Shown: positions 1 to 13,438 of the stretch, piece after piece
How positions within the stretch are numbered: position 1 is the first letter of the stretch
How the letters are laid out: the number at the start of each line of letters is the position of its first letter
Source of the DNA: Macrostomum lignano
Lineage: Eukaryota
DNA: 64,000 bases
Assembly (NCBI GenBank): GCA_002269645.1
Contig: NIVC01000754.1
Coordinates: forward strand, 124,001 to 188,000
Direction of reading: 5' to 3'
Program-made: the position numbers and the translations under genes
Notes under the pieces: generated by a model
The model's input: the letters and a program-made list of their open reading frames with translations, nothing else
What the model was told of the DNA's origin: nothing
The model's database searches: none

Positions 1-604
1 AAAGTGCAATGATTTCATCATTGTACGCTGGGCTCGTGTTTATGGGGAGATCACGTGTGCCCGGACCCATGCCTCCTCTGAGCAGAACCCGCTCGCTTGT
101 TGCTAAAATTAGCATCAGAGTCAGAGGTGACTCTCAGCGGGGGGTCTTTCGTTAAGTGGTGCAATCGATTCTCTCTATAAATGCAGCCCCTCTCATGGCT
201 TGGCTCAGTCAACCGTTTTCCGCGTTTCCTAGTTCGAAAGACCTTCAAGAATAAACCCGTATGTCGGATTTCCATCCTCCAAATATTTGTACTTTCTGTT
301 TTGGAAATCAGCCTCTTACTTTTCAGTCAGCCGTCTCCCTTCGTCTACCATGCGCTTCCCCACAGACAACCTCAACCGTTAATTCATGATAGATAATTAT
401 TCAGCTAACCTGTTCATTATTGTTAGCTCGTAGTATAAATACAACTTCAACCGCGGCTTAGGCCCTTCACTTCTTTTCTGCCCCGCTAATCACATATAGC
501 TCGTGTTATAAGTTTATTGTGTCTAGTTTCGTTTGGGCCACAAACGATTGCATCGACGGAAATTGTGAACTAAGTAAATTTTTGCGCGCCTTTTAGGCAT
601 CGAA

Positions 605-729
605 ACAGGAATACAACAGATTGCTTATCTGCGAATAGTCTATGGTCAAGCCGCCCCCATCTTTGGATATTCCCAACGGGTTATATTTGGATATACCCAT
701 TTGCAGATAAGCAATCTGTATATTCCTGT
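605..729. repeat. Small inverted repeat (about 33-bp arms, about 58-bp spacer), MITE-like hairpin
   Basis: 605-638 ACAGGAATACAACAGATTGCTTATCTGCGAATAG is the near reverse complement of 697-729. No convincing TSD. Confidence 0.55.
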
Positions 730-1341
730 ATCAATGCATTTGCGAGGATATTTTTTATTCAATACAACAAAGCTGAATAAACAGATTGTATACATGCATG
801 AAAACGGCCGTAACGTGGGTATAATGAAACGTGGACCAATTGTTCCGCAATAATCGAGGAGTAGAGCTAGAATCGACAATAACTACACTCACATCGGCCG
901 AATTGCATGGTTTGTTCCGCATGGGATCCTCGGGGCAAGCCTCTTCTTCGCTTGGCAGTGGTGGCAGAGCATCATCGTTACCGCATTCAATGAATCGGAT
1001 CAACTCCATCAACTCTTCGTCATCCGCCTCGTCACGTCCACCCATACTCAAGTACACCTGTACACCTATACTTCAAGAGCACTTCGACGGCTATTCAAAA
1101 TTGAAAGCATCTCTTTTGTCTTGCCTTCTTTCTAGCTTCTTTGATGAACGTCTGGATTGAGGGCCGCTCACAGTTATTATTCGCAAATTTTTCACAATTG
1201 ATAATGATATATTGACGCACTTTTTCATGAGCTTTAAAACATGACTTTTCTCTGTTGTTTTCAAGTTGAAAATATATTTTCAGATTCTCTTTAAAAATCT
1301 AGTCTTAATAAACGATGCCAATCGGTCAATCAGTCAGAAAA

Positions 1342-2282
1342 TCATCCACGCAGGAAAAAGTCTCCGTCGGTGCTGCTCAGACTGGCAGGCGGGTAGGCGA
1401 ACCTCAGCAGGTGGCACAGGCGCTGCTGGCCAGAGGAAATCACAGCCTGGCACTCAGCTGAGGCCTCGCACGGGATCAGGCAGTCCAGAGCTGTTTGGGC
1501 GGCGATGCTCCAGGAGGTCGGCAGAGTCGACGAGACGTTGAGGCTGGGCATCTGCGACTGCTTGAAGCAGCTCCGCTCTGAAGTAAACAAAAAGGGCTAG
1601 TTTTAGTGCAGGAAGCATCTCACTTGAACAGTAACGTCCCGAATTTTGAGTTCGGTTTCTTAAAGCTGCTCAAGTATAATCCAAGTTTAGGCTTCACAAC
1701 ATCAATCATAAACTCAGACTCAGATAGACTGCAAGTTTCTTGCAATCGCCATTGAAGTCTTGTTGTCATGTACTTGCGTCTCCAATTCATCAGTTCACTG
1801 TTTGAGCGTCTACCAGAAATAGACAATCAATTCTGAGTGAGTGCAATCTGAGTGCAAGAAAACTCACTCGGGTATTTCAGAGCGAACACCGAATTTAGCC
1901 AAAAGCCTCCACAGATTTGGCTGGAGTTTCCGTTGCAAGGCATGTTGCAGTCGCTTTCATTGGCTGGTCCGATCGAGCCGTAGTCCCAGCTGCAGAAACA
2001 GGCCCTTGCGTTCTGCAACCCGAAGTACGGGAAGCCGCCAAGTGCACAGAAGCCGCTGCAGAAGTCCTGAGTCATGTTGCCGCTTATCACTCTTGGTTCC
2101 GAAACGGAGATTTCGCCGACGCTTTTGATTCCCGATAAGCCTCTCATGTCCCTGGTGCTGCTATCCTTGAAGCAGCCAATGTAGGAGACTTGAATGACTC
2201 GACCGGCGGTGACGCCAATGACGAGCAGGAGAGAGCAGCAGGCAGCTGCCAAGACTGCTGGGCGATTGCCAAGAGGAGACAT
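1342..2282 (-). CDS. Secreted WSC + PAN/Apple domain protein, copy 1 (2 exons: 2282-1868, 1577-1342; 216 aa)
   Basis: Signal peptide MSPLGNRPAVLAAACCSLLLVIGVTAG. WSC motifs YIGCFKD, FCSGFC...YFGLQ...CFC, CNMPCNG...CGG. GTGAGT donor and TTCAG acceptor join in frame (YP-K-RSCFKQ). Exon 2 has a PAN-like Cys pattern (CLIPC...CQAV...CHL). Confidence 0.85.
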
Positions 2283-2380
2283 CTTGGTCTCTTCTTCTAG
2301 AGCTGAGAACTCTTTTGTCGCTGATTTATATTGTATACTACGAGCGTACAGCCTCATAGGCTGCATTTGGGCGTGAATCA
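2283..2380 (-). promoter_or_regulatory. TATA-containing proximal promoter shared with paralog 2
   Basis: TATAAA at 2330-2325 (minus). Upstream TTGATTCAC(G/A)CCCAAA(T/A)GCAGCCTAT is conserved with about 11188-11232, upstream of copy 2. Confidence 0.5.
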
Positions 2381-3151
2381 AGCCTTTTTCTTCGCTTCTT
2401 CATCTACTCCTGCTCCGAGTAGAGCTGATTGGATGTCCAAATTATAACGGGGATTGGGTGTATTCGAAGTACGCGGCTCAACCAGAAATGTTTCATGAAT
2501 AAATATTTTTATTTTTGCAGTCGAATGGAAATTAGGGTTATTGATGCAGCTGGTTTCATTCAACAATGTGCATGTACAGTGTACATTGCTACTGCGCTGA
2601 TCTGACAAATTTTATGTACTTAAGGATTAATTTGCAAGGTAAATATTATAATATTCAAACAAAGCTTTGGCCTAAGTTTGGCATAAAGCTTTAGGCATCC
2701 ATTCTTAGCCCCAACAGTTCAAAGCAGTAACTTCGGTGCTATATGTCAGGTCGTGAGTTTCGTACTTGAAAAGTGTCTACTCAATATGCATCTAAAAAAT
2801 ACAGAATTTCTAGAAAAACCGTGGCCACCTTTTGCAGCGTTTGCTAGTGTTGGATGACAAACACTGTTAAAACTGAAACTTTTCTTTGCATAGCGTAATT
2901 CAGTACAGGTGGCACGCATCGGATGCGATCGTTGTGCTTCACAGACTAAACTGAATGCCTTTTTACGAGTATTATGCTTTACTGAAACATAGAACTTAAA
3001 CAGCGGCAATTTAATTTTATCTACTTCTGCTACTATTTGTCTTCATATCTTCATGAGGCCAGTCGTACATGTTTTACGGCCATAATTTTCGTTTTGAAGT
3101 AGTAAAACAGTCAAGCAAATTAAATTAGATGCGGTGGTTTAGCTAATAATT

Positions 3152-4146
3152 TGTGGCGGCCCAATCAGCACGCAGCCAGCGATTGCGAGTACATCTGCAC
3201 TGAAACCCCCTGCCCGCCAGGCTGGGGGGTGGGTGTACTCGGACAGACAGCCAATATGCTAAGTCGGGGGGTTGGCCTTCAATCGTGCCACCTTTTTGGC
3301 GCACCTCCCCATGTGATCGCGTGCTTATTTATACTTACTGCGTAAAGCAAATAAACTTTCACTTTTCTCGCTTGCAACTTACTTCGTTTTCGCAAGCCGC
3401 TAAATTGGTGAGCCCGATATAGCTATTTCGTACAATGGCTTCCAACACAGAGGCAGCTGTCTCTCTCAAACTGCCCACGTTTTGGGCAGCTCAACCCCGC
3501 GCATGGTTCATTCAAGCCGAAGCCCAGTTTTCTCTGCGCGGAGTCACGCAAGATGCGACCAAGTACAACTAAATGGTGGCAGCGCTCGACCAGCAAACGG
3601 CCGAACGCCTCCTCGACATTTTAGAGGCTCCCCCGGCAGAGGGCAAGTACGAGACGCTGAAGCAACGTCTCAAAGGCACCTTCGACTTGACTAGGCAGCA
3701 GAGGGCCAGTCGCCTGCTCAACATGACCGGGCTCGGTGATCGGCGGCCATCAGAACTCATGGATGAGATGCTCGCCCTGCTGGGAGACCACCCACCGTGC
3801 CTGCTCTTCGAAGAGTTGTTCCGCCAGCAGCTGCCGCCGGACGTGCGCATGGCCATGGCGACCGCCGACTTCGCGGAGCCTCGGCAAGCAGCGCAGCTCG
3901 CCGACAGGCTGTGGGCCAGCAGGCTGCAGCTCACCGCTGCCTCCGTCCAGCAGCCAGCGGCGGAGACCTCCCCACCGCCTGACCAGCCGGCGGTGGCTTC
4001 GGCCAGCAGGAGCAGCCGCCCGGCCCGGCAGCATCGGTCCCCACAGCGCGGTCAGGACAGCGGGCTGTGCTTTTATCATCGCCGGTTTGGCGCGAAGGCC
4101 CATCGCTGCGAGGCACCCTGCAACTTCTGGGGAAACGGGCAGGCCG
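3152..4146 (+). mobile_element. 3'-truncated Ty3/gypsy LTR retrotransposon (5' LTR about 3152-3404, PBS at 3406, gag)
   Basis: TGTGGCGGC...GCCGCTAAA termini, followed by TGGTGAGCCCGA (tRNA-Trp-like PBS, one mismatch) and gag. Homology stops just after GGGAAAC at the gag end. Confidence 0.75.
3435..4146 (+). pseudogene. gag: Gypsy gag (DUF7041-type N-terminus) with in-frame stop at 3570-3572
   Basis: MASNTEAAVSLKLPTFWAAQPRAWFIQAEAQF..., then LGDRRPSELMDEML and C-terminal CFYHRRFGAKAHRCEAPC, typical of this gag family. Confidence 0.8.
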
Positions 4147-4273
4147 TCTATTCTTTGGTGGAGTTCGGCTCGAACCTGGATACTATTGCAATAAAAAGCC
4201 GATGAAAGACATCTCAGATTACTCTGCTGCAATGCACTGTGTCAGGTTAGTAAAGCTAACTTTGTTTCTATAT

Positions 4274-4601
4274 CAGTGGTTCGCAAACATGCGGCCAACG
4301 AAGCCTCTCTATTCGACCCTCGGGTCCTTTGAAAATTCACAATGGCCATCCGGGCCTGCAGAAGGCTTCCGTCCCTTCTTAGCTCTCTTCTCTCCTCTCC
4401 CCTCTTTTCTCCCCTTTTCTGTACTTTCATCTCTCATCTTATCTTTCATCTCTCCTCTCTTCTCTCCTCTTTCGCTCTCTTCTTTTTTTCTTCTTTTTCT
4501 TCTCTCGGATCTCTTCCTCTCTCCTTTCTTTCTCATTGGGCCCGCAGCCGTGAGCTGGATTCTTTGTCTGACCCTTGGAGTAAAAACGTTGCCGACCCCT
4601 G
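4274..4601. mobile_element. hAT-family MITE with internal CT-rich tract
   Basis: Starts CAGTGGTTCGCAAAC, ends GTTGCCGACCCCTG (hAT-type termini). 8-bp flanks TTCTATAT/AACTATAT match 6/8. Confidence 0.65.
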
Positions 4602-4899
4602 AACTATATGGAAAAGTAAAGAGAAGAAGCAAGATAAAATGCAAAAATTCCAAAAATCTAAACGCCATGCGGTCAAACTTTATTTTTGTAATATCAAGAA
4701 AACAGTAAATTACCATTTGATAAAGCCACGCTCTGGTCGCGGGATAGGGCAGGGGAACTTTTTCAAAAGTGCCTTCTATCGCCGTGCGCCCCCTGCACAG
4801 AGCTGTTGAGACTCGGCCAGGTCTTCGACCAGGCCTGGAGACTCCCGCTCTGCTGCACCCCCTGCTGCCTTGGCTCCGTCTCCCCTGCCGCCACACTTG

Positions 4900-5570
4900 C
4901 CTTTCCGGAGCTCCCCCTCCCTCTCTGTACCTCCCCCTCTACCCTATCTCTTCTGCTTTCCGCCCTATTCTTCGTGTACTTTTCCTGTCTCCCCTCTTTT
5001 TGCCCCTTTTCGCACTATTTTCCTGCGCTGTCCTCCCTTTCTCTGCGTCTACTTACAGTATTTTGTGCGCTCACTGTCCCCCATCCCTTCTTAAACTCCC
5101 AAACGGTGACGCAAGTCGTGTGATCCCTTCTTCCCCTCGATGACTCATCGATGACTCATCCCCGTCTCTTGCGCAACCTTTTCTCATGCTATTGTTATCC
5201 TCCCCAAATTTCTCATGCGACATCCACCCCACCTCCGCTTCTATTGTTCTCGTTTTTGATTCTTTTGTTCTCTTTACCCCCACCAATTATCACATTTTCT
5301 CCGATTTTCTCTTTCTATTGTTCTCGTTTTCGCACCTAATTATCACCTTTTCTCCAATGTTTGCTTTTCTATTGTTCTCGATTCTCCCCAATTATCCCCG
5401 ATTTCCAATTCCTTTGTTCTCGACCCCAGCACATTGTTCTCAGTGTTTGCTTGCGCAACACTTTCTCGACCTCCCGCTGCGTCAATTATCCCCCCACCCC
5501 ACCTCCGGATTGCGCAATTCTCCCATTTCTCATGTTGCTATGCCGTTCTCATGCTTCTCATCATGACTCA
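4900..5570. repeat. Pyrimidine-rich low-complexity region with degenerate minisatellite
   Basis: Recurrent TTCTATTGTTCTCG and CCAATTATCAC motifs at 5230-5430. The overlapping ORFs are composition artefacts. Confidence 0.5.
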
Positions 5571-5609
5571 TTCTGACGTCATTCTGCCGGCAGCCAATCA
5601 GAGAGAGGG

Positions 5610-5825
5610 AGTCATGGAAACGACCTTGGAGCGGCGGTCTGTTCCTTGGAACAAAATTGCTGGTTCGGACTGGCTGCGGCTCGAAGCGGCAGTGCTTCTG
5701 CGGCAGATACTACAGTCGTTTGAGAATAACAAATGAAACAGCTCGCAATTATCCTTGCTCGGGAAACTCGAGTCAGGTGTGCGGAGGTTATTGGCGCAAC
5801 TCGGTGTTCGCTCTGACCTACCCCA
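5610..5825 (+). pseudogene. Diverged, frameshifted WSC exon-1 fragment
   Basis: QCFCGRYY...YPCSGNSSQVCGGYWRNSVFALTYP ends at the same CCCA|GTGAGT donor as the intact paralogs. WFGL lies in another frame. No signal peptide or exon 2 nearby. Confidence 0.75.
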
Positions 5826-8800
5826 GTGAGTGTTTTAATGCCGTCTTGAGTTGCTAAAGGTTGAAAACCCTTTTAAATAATTTAATACGAACTACTATAT
5901 TGGTCTACGCATTGAAAAATCGAAAACTGTTTTGTTGTCACTATATTTGTTGTCAATATAGATTACTTCAGTCATCCTTGTAGAAAGTACATGTACAATG
6001 AATTAACATTAGTTGAGCTCAAATTAGTAAAAAGATGCTCGTATTATCTGGTTTATTTAAATTTTCCTGCTTTAATAGCTTGTCTAAAATTACTTAATTC
6101 ACCAGGAATTAATAACTTGAGTCCGTCTAATTCAAACTTCAAATTGACAATGGAAAGGAATTAACAGTTTCGAAGTTATTCACAGCAGGCATTCTGCGTC
6201 CGGCTATATAGAGTTTCAGACAGTTCATAATTCGGCAGACAAGGATTACTGGGCAAGGGCATATCACATGTCACGCGATCTTTGCAACTTGCTTAAACAG
6301 AGTGAGACTGTGCTGGAGTATCTCAATAAATGTGAACAGGTTTTAAGCTATCATACGTCCTGTAGCTATCAGCTCCTATACGTCCTGTAATTTGCATCTT
6401 GTCTGTAACAGTCCTACTATTTTGCAAGACGCCCAGCAGCTTCTAGACTTTAGTATGTTTGCGCAGCTCACATCTGAATTTTGATTGCTAATGAGAAAAG
6501 CCCGTGAAGAAGGAACAAGTGCTTGTCATTTATACGACTAGGAGCTGTCTGAGCTCCAAGTTTGTTTGAGAAACCTGGGGTAGGCAGACTTCCAGCTTGT
6601 ATTGCAACGTATACTTTTCTGCTGCAGTCACTCTGCAGTCACTCTGGTACACTACTGCAGCAAGAGATGCCAGTTCAACCTAGCTGTATAAGTGCTACTA
6701 AAATGTCATTTTTATCTAATCCTAGCTCTCAAACTAATCATCTGCATGCATCTTTATTCTCATCTGAAACCAATTTTGCAATTCTTGTACTGCAAACTGA
6801 TGAATTACCTCGCTAATTCGTGCATGTAGAAAGTGTCTGAGGTGTAGCATGTACGCATTTTAAAACATTTACTAAAAGTAGTATAGCGAATTTTCTATTT
6901 TGTTTCAAAACACCAAACGGATTTCTATCGCGTGTGTCCGCCCATTCGACTTTCCCATAATGAACATAAAACTTTTTCGCAGGCTCGTCAGGCGACTATA
7001 AAGCAAACACAGCAGTTCCCTGTGCGTTTGTGACACTTCTAAAAGTTGCTATTACACTCGTACGAATGAATTTTGTAGTGAAATTTTAACGCGAATAGTA
7101 TTCGCTAAAGTACGAGCGTATGTAGCTTTGCTTGCAAGTTGATGCGTACGAGTACAATGAGCCGAAGTACAGAATGCAAATCCTTTCCATTTTCATTTGG
7201 AGTGTATTTGCTCGCATGCAAAAGTGCACGAGTTTCTTCAAAGCCAATGACCATTTAACAATTAAACAATACTCATATTTCATCACATATCCCAACGATT
7301 CAGCTTGAGCTGAGGCTTTTAATAAAGCATAGACGATGCATTGCATCTTTTTATACAACCTTGTGATTTTTTACGTGCAACATAATGTGATTTTAGTAGT
7401 CCTTGACTTCGTGCAGACGGCTCTATATAGGAGAATCTTAACAAAAGTCTCATTGGTTTATGTTGTTAAGGTATTGATGTTTGCTACACCAATGCACAGC
7501 ATTCCTAAAGTTAAAATGAAGATTGGCAGACAAGAAGTCGTAATGGAACAGCTGTGCTAGGTTGAATAGCTCTCTACTCCTGATGCAGTTTGGGAGCTAC
7601 ATGTAGGATTGCTGAGCATATTGAGAACTGGAGAAGCACATTTCTTCCCACTATAGTTTCTACTCAATGGGTCTTTTAAGTAAAATGAATACCTGTCAAT
7701 AAAATTTAAAGATCTCCAAACGTAGTAGACTACAAGAAGTAGTAAGATAAAATTATGAACACCAGTTTAAAAATAGCTATGCGTCATACTCTATTTTTAG
7801 TAATACCAGTAATATCACGCAAACCTCGAGTGACTATGCTATTGTCCGAAAAACCGGTTCTCGACTTCTATTTTTAGAACTTCCAAATATGGTAAATGTT
7901 AACCTGAATGTGACCCAAGTCTCACCCCTCTCTATTCAAAAACCCCACCTGTCAAATAATAAAATTCCTTTCGTGACCTCATCAAAAAACCGGTTTTGAG
8001 CTCAAGGCCGACAAATTGTGTATAAATACAAACGCGAAGTCCGAGCTGAAATCTCAGACTCGGAGCAGCTTCCAAAGATCTTGGGCTTTGCAAAAGCAGC
8101 CAAACGAGGCTTTATCTCTGAGGAAGAGATAAAAACCAATTGGTAAGCTTTGTTCGAGTCTTCGTTATTTTGATTATTGAGAGCGATTGTTATTGCCGGC
8201 CGTTACTGTTCAGTTGATTTTATTGAGTCTATTGAGTTTGAGGCCTCCCTTTTCCTAAGGGATTGGGTAGGATCTGCGGACCGATTCCAATACTCTAAGA
8301 GGACTATTGATTGTTTGATTTGTTACCCTAGAGTAACCGATAGGAGCACACGACTCCGATTCCGTTATTTCTAGAAGAAGACGCCCTTTTTGGAGGATCT
8401 CGTCGTTGTTAAAGAATTGACTTTTTTATTAGGGCGCATCTCTGATTTCTGCACTCGAGGAGTACTTCGACGTCGACGAATTAAATTGTTAAGCTCTCAC
8501 GCTCGGCCGATTATAGAATTCAAGAAGACTACTCCGGAGGAAGAAGATTTGAGAAACGAGCTCGGAGAACCTGCGCAACAAAGAAGAGGAGCCGGCATCA
8601 GTAAATGATTACTGCATCCTGTTCCAGGATTAACGTCTGGAAGTGGGAGTTCGTGCGTTTAGACACTAGACTTAATTCTCTTTCTCTCTTTCTTTCTCTC
8701 TCTTTCTTTCTCTCTCTTTCCCTCTCTCTCTCTAGTGTGCTAAAGCGAACTCTTTAAAAAGCGGAGGCCTGTCTTTCCAGAGTTTGCTAATATTGGAAGG

Positions 8801-8962
8801 CAAACCCTGTTGGGACTCAAAAAGAATTGCATAGACAGCTGTTCCTACTGGCAATCAAAATTGGAAGTGCTTATCCCCACGGTCCCGTGCCGATAATTCC
8901 AATTTTATTCAAACGGATTCGTGTCGATAATTTTCAGTTTATTCCTACGGTAGCTTATTGCT

Positions 8963-9033
8963 TCATCCACGCACGAAGAAGTCTCCATCAGTGCTGCTCA
9001 GACTGGCAGGCGGGTAGGCAAACCTCAGCAGGT
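8963..9033 (-). pseudogene. Orphan 3' fragment of WSC-PAN exon 2
   Basis: Minus strand reads LLRFAYPPASLSSTDGDFFVRG*, near-identical to the paralog C-termini. The breakpoint carries a 12-bp duplication, AAACCTCAGCAG. Confidence 0.8.
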
Positions 9034-9399
9034 AAACCTCAGCAGATTCTTGTGTAAAAAAATTTAAAAAATATGACTTTATTAGTTATGATACTGGTTG
9101 ACGATTATGTCATTATAATCAGCGCGTGACACAGTGTCATTATACATGTAGTATGACTTATATTATATTATTAATCCATGCAACTTATATGCATGCAACT
9201 TATATTACGAGTATTCATCCATTGAGTACACTCTAGTACGTACACTATACACAATATAGTACACCTTTCTAGCTCTTCGATCCTCTCCTTTCCAGATAAA
9301 CTCTTAAAATGAAAATCTCACGCCAGCTATTTATCTTTTGTACCGAAGAAAACTAATTTCCTAACTACCGGAGATTTCCAAACCAAAAGAGCTTTTTTT

Positions 9400-9810
9400 A
9401 CCTAAGCTCTTCAAATCCGCACCTTCAAGTGCGAAGAGTGTCAGCAGGCGTTGAAAGGCGATGATTTGGAAGAGACGCCCTTTTGAAGCCAAAAAGTGGG
9501 CTGGGTGAAACAGGAAGCCTGATCGATAATCCCCAATAAGGCAGTCATATCTGCAGTCTGACAGATGGAGCGCACCTTCATGACAGCAGAGCTGTTCGTT
9601 CTGAAGAGGGGTGAGTCAACAGCTGCAAGAGAAGTTCTTTCCATTGTTCTTGCTAACATTCACAGGCAAATCAGAAATCGCAGTGAGCGCTGCTCTAGGG
9701 AGATGGCCAAGTGTTTGTCAGACTTCTGCATCACTGGTCAACTGTCAGCGGTCGCTCGCTCAGCAGAGAAAGAAAGGGTGCACAGCAAAGATGAAGACAA
9801 CTGGTGAGAA
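9400..9810 (+). pseudogene. Probable C-terminal relic of a THAP9/P-type transposase
   Basis: Across frames: FKCEECQQAL, GSLI..P, AVISAV*QMERTF, a short GTGAGT...CTAAC...CAG intron, then FVRLLHHW. These resemble P-type transposase C-terminal motifs (recognised from memory). Confidence 0.4.
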
Positions 9811-9951
9811 GAAGACGCTGATGCGAATAACTAACGCTGTTTACTGGGTGTTTTAACATTCGAGTTTGTGTCTTTCCATAGAAACTGACTCAGTTTTGAT
9901 TGACCCATTTGCATGTAGACATTCGATCTAACGTTAGGATTCATATCCGGT

Positions 9952-10640
<689 letters not shown>

Positions 10641-10875
10641 TTCGTTACGTATGATGCATGCAGCAGGGTTTTGGACACATACCTGATTGTTGTGACACTT
10701 TGAAAACTGTGAAACTTTGAAACTAACATTAGAATTTCCAATATACTAAAAAATTACCTACAAGTAAATCACTGGTGCAACTGCAATGGCATAGAACCTA
10801 TTGCTTAACGTTAGAGGCTTGAATTTTTAAATAAGCACGCTTGCAATTGACTCTTTTGCGTCATAAAGTAGCTGT

Positions 10876-11063
10876 CAGTGGCGCAATCAGAAATTTGTTG
10901 AGAGGGGGGGGCGGATACTGAAGGGTAAAGACCCAAGGGGGGGCAGAGGGGGTGCGGCTCTGTATTTTGGCGAAAATTCGCTTGGTCCCCCCTTTGATTT
11001 TTTTCTAGTCTCCACCTCCGCCCCGACCACCCCCTCGCTCCCCCCCCCCTGGTTGCGCCACTG
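10876..11063. mobile_element. hAT-family MITE (188 bp) about 210 bp upstream of WSC-PAN copy 2
   Basis: TIRs CAGTGGCGCAATCAG / CTGGTTGCGCCACTG. 8-bp TSD GTAGCTGT/GTAGATGT (7/8). Confidence 0.85.
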
Positions 11064-11274
11064 GTAGATGTAATTCTTCTGCTCAGCACAGTAACAAGGT
11101 GCACCGTAAATATGCATTGTTTCTCAAATTTGAACACGCAATCAGCTCTACTCAAAGCAGTAGTAGATGAAGAAATTCAAAAAAGTAATTGATTCACACC
11201 CAAAAGCAGCCTATCCGACTGTACAATATAAAGAAGTGACAAAATAGTTCTCAGATCTAAAAGAAGAGACCAAG

Positions 11275-12248
11275 ATGTCTCCTCTTGGCAGTCGCCCAGC
11301 ATTCTTGGCAGCAGCCTGCTGCTCTCTCCTGCTGGTCATTGGCGTCACCGCTGCTCGAGTCATTCAAGTCTCCTACATTGGCTGCTTCAATGACAACAGC
11401 TCGAAAGACATGAGAGGCTTATCGGGAATTAAGAGTGTCGGCGAAATCTCCGTTTCGGATCCAAGGGTGATAAGCGGCAGCATGACTCAGGACTTCTGCA
11501 GCAGCTTCTGTGCACTTGGCGGCTTTCCGTACTTCGGGTTGCAGTTCGCAAGCGCCTGCTACTGCAGCTGGGACTTCGGCTCGCTGGGACCTGCCAAGGA
11601 AAGCGACTGCGATAGACCTTGCAACGGAAACTCCAGCCAGATCTGTGGAGGCTCTTGGCGAAATTCGGTGTTCGCTCTGACCTACCCGAGTGAGTTTTCT
11701 TGCACTCAATCAGAGTTGATTGTCTAGACTTCTCGTAGCCGCTCAAGCAGTCAAGTGATGAATTGAAACGCGAGTTCATCACAGCAAGACATCAACGACC
11801 AGTTACTGCTTAGCACTTTTGGAATATTGACTTTGTACGCTCGTAATTTATCGTGTCATAATAAAATATCCTAAATGGGACCTTTGGACTTTCGGTAAGT
11901 GGGCTCCAGCAATATTCGGCTAATTGCAAGACAAAGGTGCTCGACTCAAAATAAGAGCTGTTACTGTTCAAGTGAGATCCACTCAAATTAACGCCCTGTT
12001 TGTTTGCTTCAGAGCGGAGCTGCTTCAAGCAGTCGCAGATGCCCAGCCTCACGGTCTCATCGACCCTGCCGACCTCCTGGAGCCTCGCCGCCCAAACAGC
12101 TCTGGACTGCCTGATCCCGTGCGAGGCCTCAGCTGACTGCCAGGCTGTGATTTTCTCTGGCCAGCAGCACCTGTGCCACCTGCTGAGGTTCGCCTACCCG
12201 CCTGCCAGTCTGAGCAGCACCGATGGAGACTACTTCGTGCGTGGCTGA
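11275..12248 (+). CDS. Secreted WSC + PAN/Apple domain protein, copy 2 (2 exons: 11275-11689, 12013-12248; 216 aa)
   Basis: Same exon lengths (415 and 236 nt), splice sites and domain motifs as copy 1. TATAAA at 11227. Confidence 0.85.
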
Positions 12249-12828
12249 GTCGGCAATTGCTAAAGATGAAGAGCAAGAGTTGGAATGTGCTTTGCTCGAA
12301 TCAACAACACAACAGTGAATGCGCAGTGAACCTAAATGATCATTTTGGTTACTTCTCTTGATAAAAATGTAATGTGAGCTAGTAGATTGCATGTGAAAAC
12401 CAATTGGCTCACTAATATCAATAAAAAGTGCATACTAGTGCCTCGATCATACTATTGAGCAACTATTTTTGACGATGATATTTTACTTGAAAATGCATCA
12501 GTAGTAAATAATCTTTCAGTTTTAAGGAAACTGCAGTCGGAGTTAAAATACGTGTAGCCGCGCAAAGAATAGACGGCAATAAGCATTGTAATAATGGTTC
12601 TTTGTTCTTTAGCTAACACTACTACTGTATGCAGTCCATCTGGAATAAAAGATGCTTTCGCAGCGCTCTAGAAGACATTCTGTTTCTCAAACTTAGCAGA
12701 TCTTAGCACTTTGTCTCTGTGCCATTCTTAGCAGATCTTCTCAGTCTGCTCGGTTCTTGCAGGATCTTCTAAGATGGGAGGTACATTTGTTTTGTTATTG
12801 AATTGGCTAAAGTGTTCTAGCTGAACTA

Positions 12829-13438
12829 TACTGTCCGTCAAAAGTTCCGGAACCCTTGCTACGATGTCTTCTAGCGGACATAATTTCAGTCCGTTTCAAT
12901 TGTAACTTGATTTAAATGAAAGCTGCGGATCTCAGCTCCATGATGTGGTCAAGAAAAAGTTTATTCGAAGGAGCGCGTGTGAACAGGCCAGTGTTATGTA
13001 CATAAAGGTTAGAGAAAAAAAGTGAGGAAAAGACAAACAAGCAATTGTCTATGGTTGCTGAGTCTATGGAGCAAACACACATGGGAAGGAATCGGTTTGC
13101 GCGCAGTGTTCAGCCTGGCTAACATTAGTCTATGGCCAAAACTTGTGTTGAAATCAACAGGCTCTTATAGATTCTTGTGCAGTCAGCTTTCATGGGAGAG
13201 TAAAAAAGAGTAAAAAACAATTGCTTGTTTGTCTTTTCCTCACTTTTTTTCTCTAACCTTTATGTACATAACACTGGCCTGTTCACACGCGCTCCTTCGA
13301 ATAAACTTTTTCTTGACCACATCATGGAGCTGAGATCCGCAGCTTTCATTTAAATCAAGTTACAATTGAAACGGACTGAAATTATGTCCGCTAGAAGACA
13401 TCGTAGCAAAAGGGTTCCGGAACTTTTGACGGACAGTA
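12829..13438. mobile_element. Foldback Tc1/mariner-type MITE (about 219-bp TIRs, about 170-bp spacer)
   Basis: 12829-13047 and 13218-13438 are near-perfect inverted repeats (a 2-nt indel seen). Ends TACTGTCCGTCAAAAGTT, with TA on both sides. Confidence 0.85.

Noticed and set aside
755-1160. Acidic 100-aa ORF (minus) and overlapping plus ORF
   Set aside because: No recognisable domain, start context or splice structure.
7999-8620. Exon-like stretch QGRQIVYKYKREVRAEISDSEQLPKILGFAK...W|GTAAG and ORF 8390-8608
   Set aside because: Looks coding, but no partner exons or family could be identified without a search.
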